A stretch of 64,000 nt of DNA from Tetramitus jugosus (Eukaryota > Protista > Heterolobosea). Below are positions 34,478 through 44,996 of this stretch, piece after piece. The notes below the pieces were generated by a model. The model was not told the DNA's origin. It saw nothing but the letters and a program-made list of their open reading frames with translations, and did not search any database. The DNA lies in the NCBI GenBank assembly GCA_937625935.1, contig OW569394.1, positions 263,524 to 327,523 of the forward strand. The letters are read 5' to 3'. A program made the translations under genes and the position numbers. The stretch's first letter is position 1, and each line of letters opens with the position of its first letter.

Positions 34478-35223
34478 AGTTATTGAATTGTATGATTGTT
34501 TATCTAGATGGGAAAACAATTTTCAATCTCATTTATACATTCATGATGGTATTAATCTCATTGATGGTTTCAAGTCATCTTGTCCATTCTGGGAGAAGAA
34601 AAAAAAAGAAAAGGATAAAAAAACCTTTACGATTATGTGATCATCACAAAAACAGGCCCGTTGTAATCCCATCACCGCCTCAAATAAAATGAGGTGAAAG
34701 TAATTGTATGCTATTTTTTTGAGATAACACATTTTTGCAAAATCATTCTTGATTCATATCGATCTTTATGAAGCGAGACCTGGTTTGGATCCAACAGTGT
34801 ACCAACATACACTAGTACTGGTAAAAGATGACCAAAGAATTGGACCTCAGCAACGAAGTGTTAGAACTAGATGGACAAGTTGCTTCCTACCAAGTAGATT
34901 TATCCAGAGAATGGCTTTGGAAGGTTGATAAGATTGCAGACAGATTGTCAAAGAGTTTTGATGCATTACTTGCTAATATTGACACAATGCTGAGTTTCCC
35001 TCTCTGATAATGTACAGTAACCTTTCAATCAAACGAGCAGGATACAAAGAACTGAAACATATTCCTTGATTAATTGATTGTCTCTGTTGAGGACTCTCTG
35101 CTCTCTTCCTCTCTTCCTCTCTCCGAATCGTAAATTTCAAAACGCCACAATGGAGGGAAAATTGTGACAAAAATCAACCAGATTTATTTTGTTTTTTGGG
35201 CTCTGCAAAGAACTCGGACAGAG

Positions 35224-35682
35224 TTAGAAAGCACGACCCAAGCTACATCTATCGAGGCAAACAGCAGCACTAGCCTTGCAATTCTTGAGGCAATTATTGT
35301 CATATCTGTTGGAGGCATCAGAAAGAGCACGACCCAAGCTGCATCTGTCAAGACAAACAGCAGGACTGGCCTTACAATTCTTGAGGCAAATGTTGTCATA
35401 TCTGTTGGAAGCATCTGAGAGAACACGAGGAGACACTTTTCTACTGCGAATTCTACATCTGTCATAGCAAACATCAGGATTTGCTCTGCAACTAATCAAG
35501 CAACGAGTATCATACTCTTCGTTGTTGTTGAAAGAGTCAGAGAGGATACTGCCTGTGGTACATCTGTCAAGGCAAACAGGAGCAGTGGCTTTACAATTTC
35601 TGAGACAGTTGGGGTCATATCTGTTGGCCAGAGTGGAGGCGACAAGCGCCAGAACTACAATAAAAAGAATGATAATTCTCAT
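35224..35682 (-). CDS. Secreted multi-core Cys-rich peptide precursor A (4 x CX3C-X6-CX3C)
   Basis: Signal peptide plus four YDxxCLxxCxAxxxVCxDRC modules separated by (I/V/A)LSD linkers. Confidence 0.8.
   Translation of the reverse strand: MRIIILFIVVLALVASTLANRYDPNCLRNCKATAPVCLDRCTTGSILSDSFNNNEEYDTRCLISCRANPDVCYDRCRIRSRKVSPRVLSDASNRYDNICLKNCKASPAVCLDRCSLGRALSDASNRYDNNCLKNCKASAAVCLDRCSLGRAF
35226..35413. repeat. Two ~96-bp tandem units encoding peptide modules 3 and 4
   Basis: Near-identical AGCACGACCCAAGCT...TTGTCATATCTGTTGGA.GCATC units. Confidence 0.8.
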
Positions 35683-36311
35683 AGTGTGGGTGGTTGGGTG
35701 GGTAATTATTTTTTTGTTGGTTGCTGCCCTCTGTGTTTTCTTTCTTTTGAAGGTTCATCCAGTGCGAACACACCCTCCGTGTGCGCGGTAGGTCAACCGG
35801 AAGCCATGACGTTTGACGAGATCACACTCGGAATGCCAATAGCAAAAACATGAGAAGGAAGCAAGATATCGACGATACAATCCTCTTGGCCAATTATTCA
35901 GACATGAGGTCACTTCTCATACTCAATCCTGTCTTTCTGTATCGAGTAATGGACAGCAAGTGCTTTAGTTTTTGCTTTTCGCAAGGACTCAACCATGTGT
36001 TGATCTCCAATTTTTTTGGTATTGGGTGCTGTTTTCGGGGATTGAAGTAGATCGGTAGGATCTTCTTTCGTCTCTTCACCTTGCCTTCTGACCGGCTACA
36101 GGATTAACTTCCTCTCCATTCCATTGTCCCTTCAATCTTCGCAATTGCATTCCTTAACCTATGCTCTATCTCTTGTCTTTCTGTGTCCGAGTGACCATCA
36201 TGTCCACAACTGCTGTTTTACTTCAATTCTCTCCTGAGTTTGTCAGATTCCATGTTCCGACCTTGTTCGGGAACCAGAAAGATCAATCAACGAACATAAA
36301 AGAAAAGAGCA

Positions 36312-37262
36312 ATGAAGCGCTGGTACATATTGTGCCACGGGTTCCATGGCAGACCCGCAGGAATGAGACCACTCGAAGAAATGATTGACAGACGAGATCC
36401 AGAGGCCCTTGTTCTGAACTGTAAATCTCTGAGCTTTTTTGACATGGGAATGGGTATGGAGTCCATGGCTACCAAGATTGTTGCAGAAATTCGACAGTTC
36501 TACGATGATGAGGTGTTGGAAAAAGAGAGACGTGAACTCATTCTCATTGGTCACTCGATGGGAGGCTTACTATTGAGACGAGCGATCACGCTCTTTTTTA
36601 GGGGAGAGCACAGTTGGATCGTTCCTGGTACCTATGTATCTGTGGCCACTCCTCATCTAGGTGTCGACAGAACTAGTCATCTTCGACAAGTGCATCCATG
36701 GTTTGCACCCATTTATTCTCTGGGTATTCTGTCAGTCTCCCTCATTGGGTTCTTGTTGCCAAATCTGTTTGACACCATTATGCAAATGTTGGTTCGAGAT
36801 GGAGAGAATCAATATTTGAAACAGTTGTGTGATGAAGAAAACTTGGGATCTCTCTCCAAGTTCCAACGCAGGCTCTGTATCTCTTCTGCTGACGGTCTTG
36901 ATATGAACGTACCGCTTTATTCTTCGCATATTGGTGTGACTCAGCATGAAAAGAACGAAAGAGTGTCTGTAGCAATCAACGATGAACAGAAGAGCAAGTT
37001 GTGGCTTGATAACCATCAAAGAGAGATGAAGAGAAAGTTGGACCAGTTAGATTGGACTCGGATTACATTGCGATTCCAGGTACCATGGCATTTGTATCCC
37101 TTTGCGCACCCCATCATACTTCAGAATACACTCTATTGTGGTCACATCTGTCCCTGGCTCTACAAGGTTCATTGCGACGAAGTCAGAGCACGTTGGGAGT
37201 TGGCTTGCACCAATTATGATATTGTGCCCTTTGCAAAAAGAAACCAACAGTTAAATCAATAA
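36312..37262 (+). CDS. DUF676-like putative lipase / serine esterase (alpha/beta hydrolase)
   Basis: LCHGFHG, IGHSMGGL nucleophile elbow, VATPHLG. Confidence 0.85.
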   Translation: MKRWYILCHGFHGRPAGMRPLEEMIDRRDPEALVLNCKSLSFFDMGMGMESMATKIVAEIRQFYDDEVLEKERRELILIGHSMGGLLLRRAITLFFRGEHSWIVPGTYVSVATPHLGVDRTSHLRQVHPWFAPIYSLGILSVSLIGFLLPNLFDTIMQMLVRDGENQYLKQLCDEENLGSLSKFQRRLCISSADGLDMNVPLYSSHIGVTQHEKNERVSVAINDEQKSKLWLDNHQREMKRKLDQLDWTRITLRFQVPWHLYPFAHPIILQNTLYCGHICPWLYKVHCDEVRARWELACTNYDIVPFAKRNQQLNQ

Positions 37263-37449
37263 AGAATAGTATCATTGTTTCAAGAACCAGAAAGAAAAGT
37301 GGTAATGTCTCAGGAGGACCGACATATGCTGTGATAAACATTTTCGCTTTTGACATGTAACCATTTGACAAGTTTAAAATCAAGAGTTGTCCGTCTTTAT
37401 TGGGTAACTTTCGTTTAGTACTCAAAAGAGAAAGCCCTGAAATATCCGA

Positions 37450-37782
37450 TTAATTAGATTTGGAAGCACATCTGGCAAAGCATATTGCAGGGTTTGATGC
37501 CTTGCAATTTCTAAGGCAACGGAAATCATATTCTTGGAAGTCGGAGAGAGCACGACCCAAGGTACATCTGTCGAGGCATACTGCAGGACTAGCTTTGCAT
37601 CTCATCAAGCAATTGGAGTCATATCTGTTGTGAGAGTCAGAGAAAGCATCCAAGGCACATCTTTCAAAGCATATCGCAGGATTTGATGCCTTACAATTTC
37701 TGAGGCAAATGGAGTCATATCTACGGGCTAAAACCGAGGCAACGAAGGCCAAAATAACAATTACAAGTACGATGGTTCTCAT
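37450..37782 (-). CDS. Secreted multi-core Cys-rich peptide precursor B (3 x CX3C-X6/7-CX3C)
   Basis: Signal peptide paralogous to precursor A; modules YDxxCLxxCKAS(N)PA(I/V)CxxRC with A(F/L)SD linkers. Confidence 0.8.
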   Translation of the reverse strand: MRTIVLVIVILAFVASVLARRYDSICLRNCKASNPAICFERCALDAFSDSHNRYDSNCLMRCKASPAVCLDRCTLGRALSDFQEYDFRCLRNCKASNPAICFARCASKSN

Positions 37783-38150
37783 GAGTGTGTTGGTTTTTCT
37801 TTGTTGTTGGTTGGTGATGGTAGGATTAGCTGTTTTTAAGGTGCACTGAGGGACGAAGTTGAAGTCAACTGGGAGGCAGGGCTATGGATTTTGATACTTG
37901 TCAAATTCATTCCCCTTTCCTGAAAAATCACCATTCGTCAAGCGTCGGTGAATGGAGAATCCACCTTGGGTTTCAGCTGAAAAATCTCCATACAACGGCA
38001 CTCAGTTCGAAATTGAAGACCCAGTACTGAAAAGAATGAAAATGTCATAATGCTTGTAGTCTCTATAGGTACAATGATTTACATGGTGGACTATGTCAAT
38101 GTGATGATCTTCTTTGTCACCGTTTTGCACAGTGAATGTGGTTCGCAACC

Positions 38151-40113
38151 TTAGAAATTCTCTTTGTGAAATTTGAACAAAACACTGGAGTTTTTCGATT
38201 CGGTGATACTCGTTTGATAGAGTTGCTTACTGAGTGCAGGCGGTCCACATATGAAAATTCCTACCTTTGCTCGATTCATTGTACTGGCATTTGGAGCTTG
38301 ATTCTGAACCACTTGTCTCACATTCGCAAATTCAGAATGCCAATTTGGACGACCATACTTTCTGTTCGGGAAGTCTTTGGTCTTTTCTGTCGATGATCCC
38401 ATGGTCATGACATGATTAGAAGGAAATAAACCTGTTTCTTCAGTTTGAAGGTTAGTTCCCTTCCACCAACCACTGCAATCCTCTTCTAATACTTCAATTT
38501 CATCTCCTTCTTGAATTTGAATTTCATCAGAACATTGTGGATCAAAATTGAATTGAGCTCTGACAAGTGAACGACCAGTGGTTAATGTGTTACCACATTT
38601 CCTATCAATTATTGCTCGAATTTCATTCAAATTGAGCTCTCCTGTCATAAAAGTGTGTATTTGGAAAAAGTCAGGATGTTCAGTTTCAATCGTATCAAGT
38701 AAGTCTGAAAACCACTCCCAGGATCCTTTGTCTCGATTGATCCAGTAGAAGAAACACTTTTTTGTTTTGAGAGATTTGTTCCCAATCAGTCTATTTCTCA
38801 TGTGTTTCAACAAAGATGCATAAGGTGTAACCCCTATACCTGCGGCCACCAGCATCACGTATTCATAATTAAAAACATAGTCAGCAGCCGTTCCGAAAGG
38901 ACCATCGACACGAAGCAAATGCTCACTTCCATCAGGTGTTGTTGGTTTGTTTAATACAACTACTCCTTCTCCGGAAGGAACAAATAGATTCTTCAGGGCA
39001 GCTGTCCAATCTCCAGCAACTCGAATATGAAAACTTAGGTTCTCTTCTTCAGGTGCTGATGAGATTGTAAATGGATGCCATTCATGCTTACTTACAAGAG
39101 GACAATTCAAGAAACAGTATTGACCAGAATGGTATACAAATCCAGGTTTTTCCAGTTCTAAGTGAACTACATTGGAGGGTAGACCATGAACTCTCTTCAC
39201 AATAGTATCTGTGCATCCTCTAAATATACGCAACATCCTTTCTAGAATATAAATACTCAAAGGTCCAATGAACCACATCCAAAATTGTTTGCCATGCATC
39301 AGCAGACAACAAAACACGAGAAGGTAGAGATGATGAATGTACCAAAACACTGTGAAGTTGTTCGATCGTCTGTAACTAGTCGTAGAAGCTCCGTACATAA
39401 TGATCAACAGTATCACAAGAATATTTCCCGTCAAACCATACTTGTTACCCCACGCTGCTCTCCATGAGGATGTCTCAGGTGTTCCATCAACGTTGCTATA
39501 CAGTTCATAGCAGCACGAATAGTTCATGTAGTGAGCCAAAGTGTGTCCTATTGTGCATACTGCGATCCAATACGCTAAATATCGATGAAATATGATATTC
39601 TTGTCAAGTGGTACAATACTTCCAATTTTCAACGTTCGCAAGATGTTGGACAATGTTCTCATGGGAATCAGGATAATGAGAGCACAGTTCAAGTTCAAGA
39701 GTTGTCCAAATCCTCTGGCAATCATCACCCATATGGGTGTATAGTCTTTCCAGCCCTCTATACTCGAATTCAGGGAGATTACCGCATCAGCACGCTTGAA
39801 CCATCGATAACAAGCTTCAATGAAGAGTGCAATGTTTAAACAAACCCAGAGTGTGACCACCAATAGTTTTTTCCTTGAAAATCAAAATTTGTTGTTGTGA
39901 GAAGAAAGAATTGAAAGAGAAGTCTATGTTAGTTGTACAGTACCATTCTGCCGTCCAATAGTTTCTAGCCTCTTCTATGCTTGACACTCGCTTTTCCCAA
40001 GTTTTCCAGAATCTTGTTATACTGCTCTGAAGAGACAAAAGAAAGGAATTTCCACAACAACCATACACACAAAAAAGAACAATGCTCCTAATTGTTGATT
40101 TTAGCCTCACCAT
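38151..40113 (-). CDS. NADPH oxidase (gp91phox/NOX-like) with SH3 domain inserted in the dehydrogenase domain
   Basis: Heme His (FHR...HTLAH; FWYIHH...MHG), FAD motif EWHPFTISS, DGPFG, GIGVTP, CGP, FHKENF. Likely 5' exons via introns ~40110-40027 and ~39942-39874. Confidence 0.88.
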
Positions 40114-40455
40114 TTTTCTGTTGGATGGATTCAAAAAAAATTGTAGATTTTCACCGGCTTCGTGTAAAACAACTCCGACCGGTTTAAAATCCTCGAGTTC
40201 AATCTGCTACCGAGTTCTCTGGTTCTTACATTGTCCAATAATCTCTAATGGAATCAATGAGAGTATAGATCATGGAAAGAGTGTTGACATCACATTTCTG
40301 TTGTATCAAGTTTGTACTCGAGTATTTTTGGAATGGAAGGAGGTCCGAACCGGTAAAAACGTTGCGATCGAACGTTCCCGATCAGGTTCCCTCTTGGAAA
40401 AGGAATTCCGCTCGCATGATACGACACCACCACAAAACGAATTCAATCAGACATC

Positions 40456-42009
40456 ATGAGGTCGCCAACGAGTCAATGGTTACTAAAGTTTACCTTCATC
40501 CTCATGCTATCATGGATGTTAAATCTTCTAGTGTTCGAAGTAGTACTCTTCCGTATCTCTGCTCCTCGGTTCAACAACTTGGCTCAACAAGAGCTTCGAC
40601 CAATTCACAACATTATCATTATTGGAGATCCTCAACTGACTGATGTTTATAGCTATCCCATCATGCAAGGCTATCCCAAGACATATCTCTCTCGGTTTAT
40701 TGCCTTCCTGAGTGACCTGTACATGAGAAAGAATTTTGCGAGTATGATGCAGGTGAATGTTCCTGATGTCATCGTTTTCATGGGTGACGTGTTCGATGGA
40801 GGTAGATTTCTGACTGATTCAGAGTATGATTATTCATTGAATAGGTACCGGTCGATATTTCACCAACCGAAATCAGGCTCCACCATACCTGTTATTCACC
40901 TCGCTGGAAATCATGATGTCAATTTGGGTAATCCTGACCACAGCAACTCATTCTATTTTGCAACTCATTTGAAGCACGTGATTGAACGGCATGAACGTCA
41001 TTTTGGTCCGGTGAACCAAGTGTTCTCACTGCCAGAGAAGACAGGCACCAATGCCCCAAAATTTAAGCTTGTTAGTGTAAACTCTCCATTCATGGAGTTA
41101 GATGATCACTTACAGTCAGTATTATCTCGAGAGATGCCCACATATGCCAAAACCTTGGAGTGGTATCACAATCAGACGTGGACTTTTATCGAGAAGGAGT
41201 TAAATCATGTGACACAAACGGAAGAGAAACTAGTGCTCTTCTCCCATATTCCTTTGTATCGATCGAGCATCAGGTCTGAATGTGGAAGATATAGCACAAC
41301 AAGATCAGTATTAAACAAAGAAGCACACATAAGAATCAAACAGGGCATGGGAAGTGGCTATCAAAACCTGGTAAATGAAGAGAATACATACAGGCTGCTT
41401 TCTGTCAAGCAAGCACCAATTATCGTACGAATCTTGAGTGGAGACGATCATTCCAACTGTGAACACAGTCATAGAGAGGACCTTTCACAGAGAACTGTGC
41501 TTGAAAACACTGTAGGTACATTTAGTTTCATGCAAGGTGCCGTCTATCCTAGCGTCGGAATGCTCCAGACCATGTCGGATGGTTCGGTGAGATTTGACTC
41601 GAGATTTCTTCTACCACAGTGGTACATTTATATCTGGTACCTATTTTGTGCTGCCTCAACAATTATCCTTTGTATGGCAGCTCCTTTGTATCTACAGATG
41701 AGATTTGTGCAAAATGGAAAGAATGAATCTGCGAATGAGGTTCCTCTTGAGGAAGTATTAGTCAGCAGTGTATCTCCTCGCCAAGGATCACCCTATGAGG
41801 AGATTGCACCATTTAGGAGAAGAGTTTCCAATAACTCAGTGATTCAACTTGCCGAGGAAGAAGCTGTGGAAGTTCCTAGTGTGACACAGTATCGAACCAC
41901 CAGCCATTTGTTGATTGTTATGATTTGGAGTGCACTCAGTTTGATTGCCACTATTTCTTTCTCAATAATAGTCTTCGTGGTGCTCTCATTGGCCTGGTTC
42001 ATAATCTGA
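40456..42009 (+). CDS. Metallophosphoesterase, MPPE1/Cdc1 (PGAP5) family
   Basis: IGDPQL, MGDVFDGG, AGNHD, SHIPL, SGDDH; N- and C-terminal TMs. Confidence 0.88.
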   Translation: MRSPTSQWLLKFTFILMLSWMLNLLVFEVVLFRISAPRFNNLAQQELRPIHNIIIIGDPQLTDVYSYPIMQGYPKTYLSRFIAFLSDLYMRKNFASMMQVNVPDVIVFMGDVFDGGRFLTDSEYDYSLNRYRSIFHQPKSGSTIPVIHLAGNHDVNLGNPDHSNSFYFATHLKHVIERHERHFGPVNQVFSLPEKTGTNAPKFKLVSVNSPFMELDDHLQSVLSREMPTYAKTLEWYHNQTWTFIEKELNHVTQTEEKLVLFSHIPLYRSSIRSECGRYSTTRSVLNKEAHIRIKQGMGSGYQNLVNEENTYRLLSVKQAPIIVRILSGDDHSNCEHSHREDLSQRTVLENTVGTFSFMQGAVYPSVGMLQTMSDGSVRFDSRFLLPQWYIYIWYLFCAASTIILCMAAPLYLQMRFVQNGKNESANEVPLEEVLVSSVSPRQGSPYEEIAPFRRRVSNNSVIQLAEEEAVEVPSVTQYRTTSHLLIVMIWSALSLIATISFSIIVFVVLSLAWFII

Positions 42010-42171
42010 CAGAACAGAGGAACACTACAAGTTTCTGGAGCAGAGTGGTAACTGCGACATGTTGCATCTTTTCAACGGACTGTTGTCACAAACCAATCTG
42101 AAACAGAAATTTACGCGCCAAATTTCGATTGTCACATTACATACACACAAAAAGAGAAAGAACCACCTTGA

Positions 42172-43065
42172 TATGTACAAATGCAAAGCAATCAATAAGA
42201 ACAACAAACGTTGTCGCAAGAATGCCAAGGACGGAAGTAGTTACTGTGGTCTAGCAGCTCACCAAAAGCAAGCCGACAATCCTATTACGGTGCATCAGAC
42301 AGTGATGATGATGAACCAGCAGCTAAGAGAGTCAGACAAGATATGACGCTAAACTTCATTAGCTCAGGTAAAGAGAGTTCATCCAATTTATTCAGAAAAG
42401 AAGCTACAGATGGGATAAGCAACGTGTTGTCCTTCCTTAACTCAAAGGAAGTGTTCCCATTAAGATTGTCACATCCATAATGGACTGTTGTGATTGATCA
42501 GAATGAAGCATTGTGGAGAAAGTTGTATACTCTAGAGTATGGATCTGCACAACCATTGCATTTCTGTAATTATCAAGGAAAGTTGGATGAACTTGTCCCA
42601 TCATTCTGTGATTCAATGAGAAGAGTATTTCTGAAGAGGAGCTATGCTAATTTTGTTGAAGAGGTGAATCTTCTGCAAGTGACCAAACAAAGAAACTGTA
42701 CTTCTCATTTCCACTTTAGCGAGGATCAAGCCAAGCAAATCCTGTATGAGAATGTGGATGATTTGGAAGAGGGATGGACATCTGTTCACCAAATGGTTAG
42801 AAGCATGTTCATTGATGATCAAACAATCTACAAGTACAATGTATTGAACAAATGGACAGGTGATACTTTCCAGATCTATACATGTTCCATGGGTGATGGT
42901 AACTGGGCTGGAAAAGTACATTTGAATGAACAACTCAAGGTGTATGCATATATCAATGATGGAAGTTACGATCCAAAGAATATGGAGGACACTCATGATG
43001 AACCGGATAGTGAGATACTTAGTGTGTTAGCAGAGGTCCAAAGAGATCATTACAATTCTAATTGA
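42172..43065 (+). pseudogene. Probably disrupted F-box-like gene with N-terminal CxxxxxxxxxC...YC..H zinc-finger-like motif
   Basis: MYKCKAINKNNKRCRKNAKDGSSYC..H. The F-box-like NVLSFL..KE...WRKLY segment is interrupted by TAA at 42478-42480, with a frame change upstream. Confidence 0.5.
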
Positions 43066-43247
43066 ATTACACTAATTTATCATTCCTTTTATTTCTTCAA
43101 AAGTTGGCCTCTTATAGGCCTTCGTATCCCAGCATCTCCTTGTTGGTTGAGTACTGTGAGCCAGTTCAATAATTCTTCTTGGAATGCCATTATTCAGGTT
43201 TTGGTGCCGAGTAGTAAATGGTAAGGACGGAAGAGACGTCAGGTTCA

Positions 43248-44633
43248 TTATAGTGCATCATGGGGATCAATATTATGATTATGTTTGAAGAAGTTTGTTG
43301 GATCGTACTTTCTTTTCAGTTGGACTAACCTTTCGTAATTTGCACCATAAGCCTGTCTGATTCTTTTGTTAGAATCAGAAAGAGTTGAACTATCCATAGT
43401 ATTGACATATCCAGCATGATTGCAGCAATATTGATTCATCGTATCATAGTAAAGGCGTGCCCATTGTGAGTACTTGTCAATCGGCTCACTACCCGACCAC
43501 ACACTCATACAATGGATCTCATAGAAGGCATCTCTTTGGAAGAAAGCAGTTCTACTACTATCTTTTCTGCTGATTGCACCACCCAGATGCATAATCTCAA
43601 CAGATGATCTATCTGGTGACTCTTTCACTAAATCAATTAATTTTGCAATTGCAGACTGATCTAGTGGTCTATCGAAGAATAGAGACTTCCAGTAATAGTT
43701 CTTCCCTGCTATATTACCTTCATCAAATTTGCTTTGAAGCTCCGGATATGCACTATCATTGAATGATGAATAATCAGGATTCAAATTAAGCAGTAATTGG
43801 AGAACTTGATTGTACTGTTTATATAATGATTCAACATTACTCAAAGCTGTCACAGATCCTTCATGATACAAAGTGATAATAATTATGTTACAATTAGACA
43901 GAAATAGATAGATAGTAATATTATCTGGAAGCGCTTCTTTCGCATCTGGTCTCGTAATTTCAAAGTACTTTTCGAGAACATGCTGTGCTTGTTCAATAGC
44001 ATACACAAATATTGCAGTTTCTAACTTTGATATAGTATGTAGCTGGAAAGTGAACGAAGACCCAATTCCAAAATTTCCACCTCCACCACATAATGCCCAC
44101 AATAAATCATCATGACAATTTTCTGATACTTCAACAATGGATGCATCTGCAGTAACAACAGTTGCAGAAATCAAATTATCACAAGTGAGCCCATACGCAC
44201 GTGACAACCAGCCTATACCACCTGCCAGTGTCAATCCTCCTACTCCAGTATGAGACACCATACCACCTGGAACAGCCTTGTGACATTTCCATGTCAATTG
44301 ATCGACATGAGACCACAATGCACCTCCCTGTACAGTCACACTATTTTCATTGATTGTCACTTGATTCATCTCTTGTAAATCAATGACAATTCCGTTGTCA
44401 CAAACAGAGAATCCACAAATGCTGTGTCCTCCTCCACGAACACTCACTTGTAACTCATGTTCCTTTGCGAATTGAATGGCTTGTTGGATATCTTGTGTGG
44501 ACGTGCATCGAATAATAGAAAGAGGATGTTTGTCAATCAGTCCGTTCCAGACCTTGCGTGCTTGTTCATATTCAGCATCACCTCTGTCAATCTTTTTCGC
44601 GCACATTTCCATTTCGTTTTTTTCACTTTTCAT
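43248..44633 (-). CDS. FAD-linked oxidoreductase (FAD_binding_4 + berberine-bridge-like domain)
   Basis: VRGGGHS covalent-FAD His, GVGGLTLAGGIGWLSR.YGL.CDN, GGGGNFG, GYVN...AYGANYERL..LKRKYDPTNFF. Confidence 0.9.
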   Translation of the reverse strand: MKSEKNEMEMCAKKIDRGDAEYEQARKVWNGLIDKHPLSIIRCTSTQDIQQAIQFAKEHELQVSVRGGGHSICGFSVCDNGIVIDLQEMNQVTINENSVTVQGGALWSHVDQLTWKCHKAVPGGMVSHTGVGGLTLAGGIGWLSRAYGLTCDNLISATVVTADASIVEVSENCHDDLLWALCGGGGNFGIGSSFTFQLHTISKLETAIFVYAIEQAQHVLEKYFEITRPDAKEALPDNITIYLFLSNCNIIIITLYHEGSVTALSNVESLYKQYNQVLQLLLNLNPDYSSFNDSAYPELQSKFDEGNIAGKNYYWKSLFFDRPLDQSAIAKLIDLVKESPDRSSVEIMHLGGAISRKDSSRTAFFQRDAFYEIHCMSVWSGSEPIDKYSQWARLYYDTMNQYCCNHAGYVNTMDSSTLSDSNKRIRQAYGANYERLVQLKRKYDPTNFFKHNHNIDPHDAL

Positions 44634-44996
44634 TTCGAACAATCCAACACAAATTTGTTGTCGGGGAAAGGTGCTTGAGGAACAAAAAACCACAAAGGAG
44701 TCCCTTGGTCCCGATATGCAGACTTGGTTCGTACATCACAAAAGTTGGCCGCACTCAGCAAACGTATTGCTCACCAGTCAGAACAAATTCATGCCCTTGA
44801 ATGCAACAAGAGACAACCAATGTCGTTGGGCGACATGAGAAAGGAATACGACGCTGATCGAAAAGAATATGAAAGGCTTGCCAATCAACAGCACGAAATG
44901 ATCAAGTTACTCTCTTTTCCATTTGTGAAAAACGAAGGATGGGAATAGTAACTTTATCTGAAAAATAGATTAAATTATACAAAATTGTGTTATGCG

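Noticed and set aside
44716-44948. Short plus-strand ORFs between the oxidase and OCA2-like genes
   Set aside because: No recognisable motif and no consistent ATG-initiated frame.
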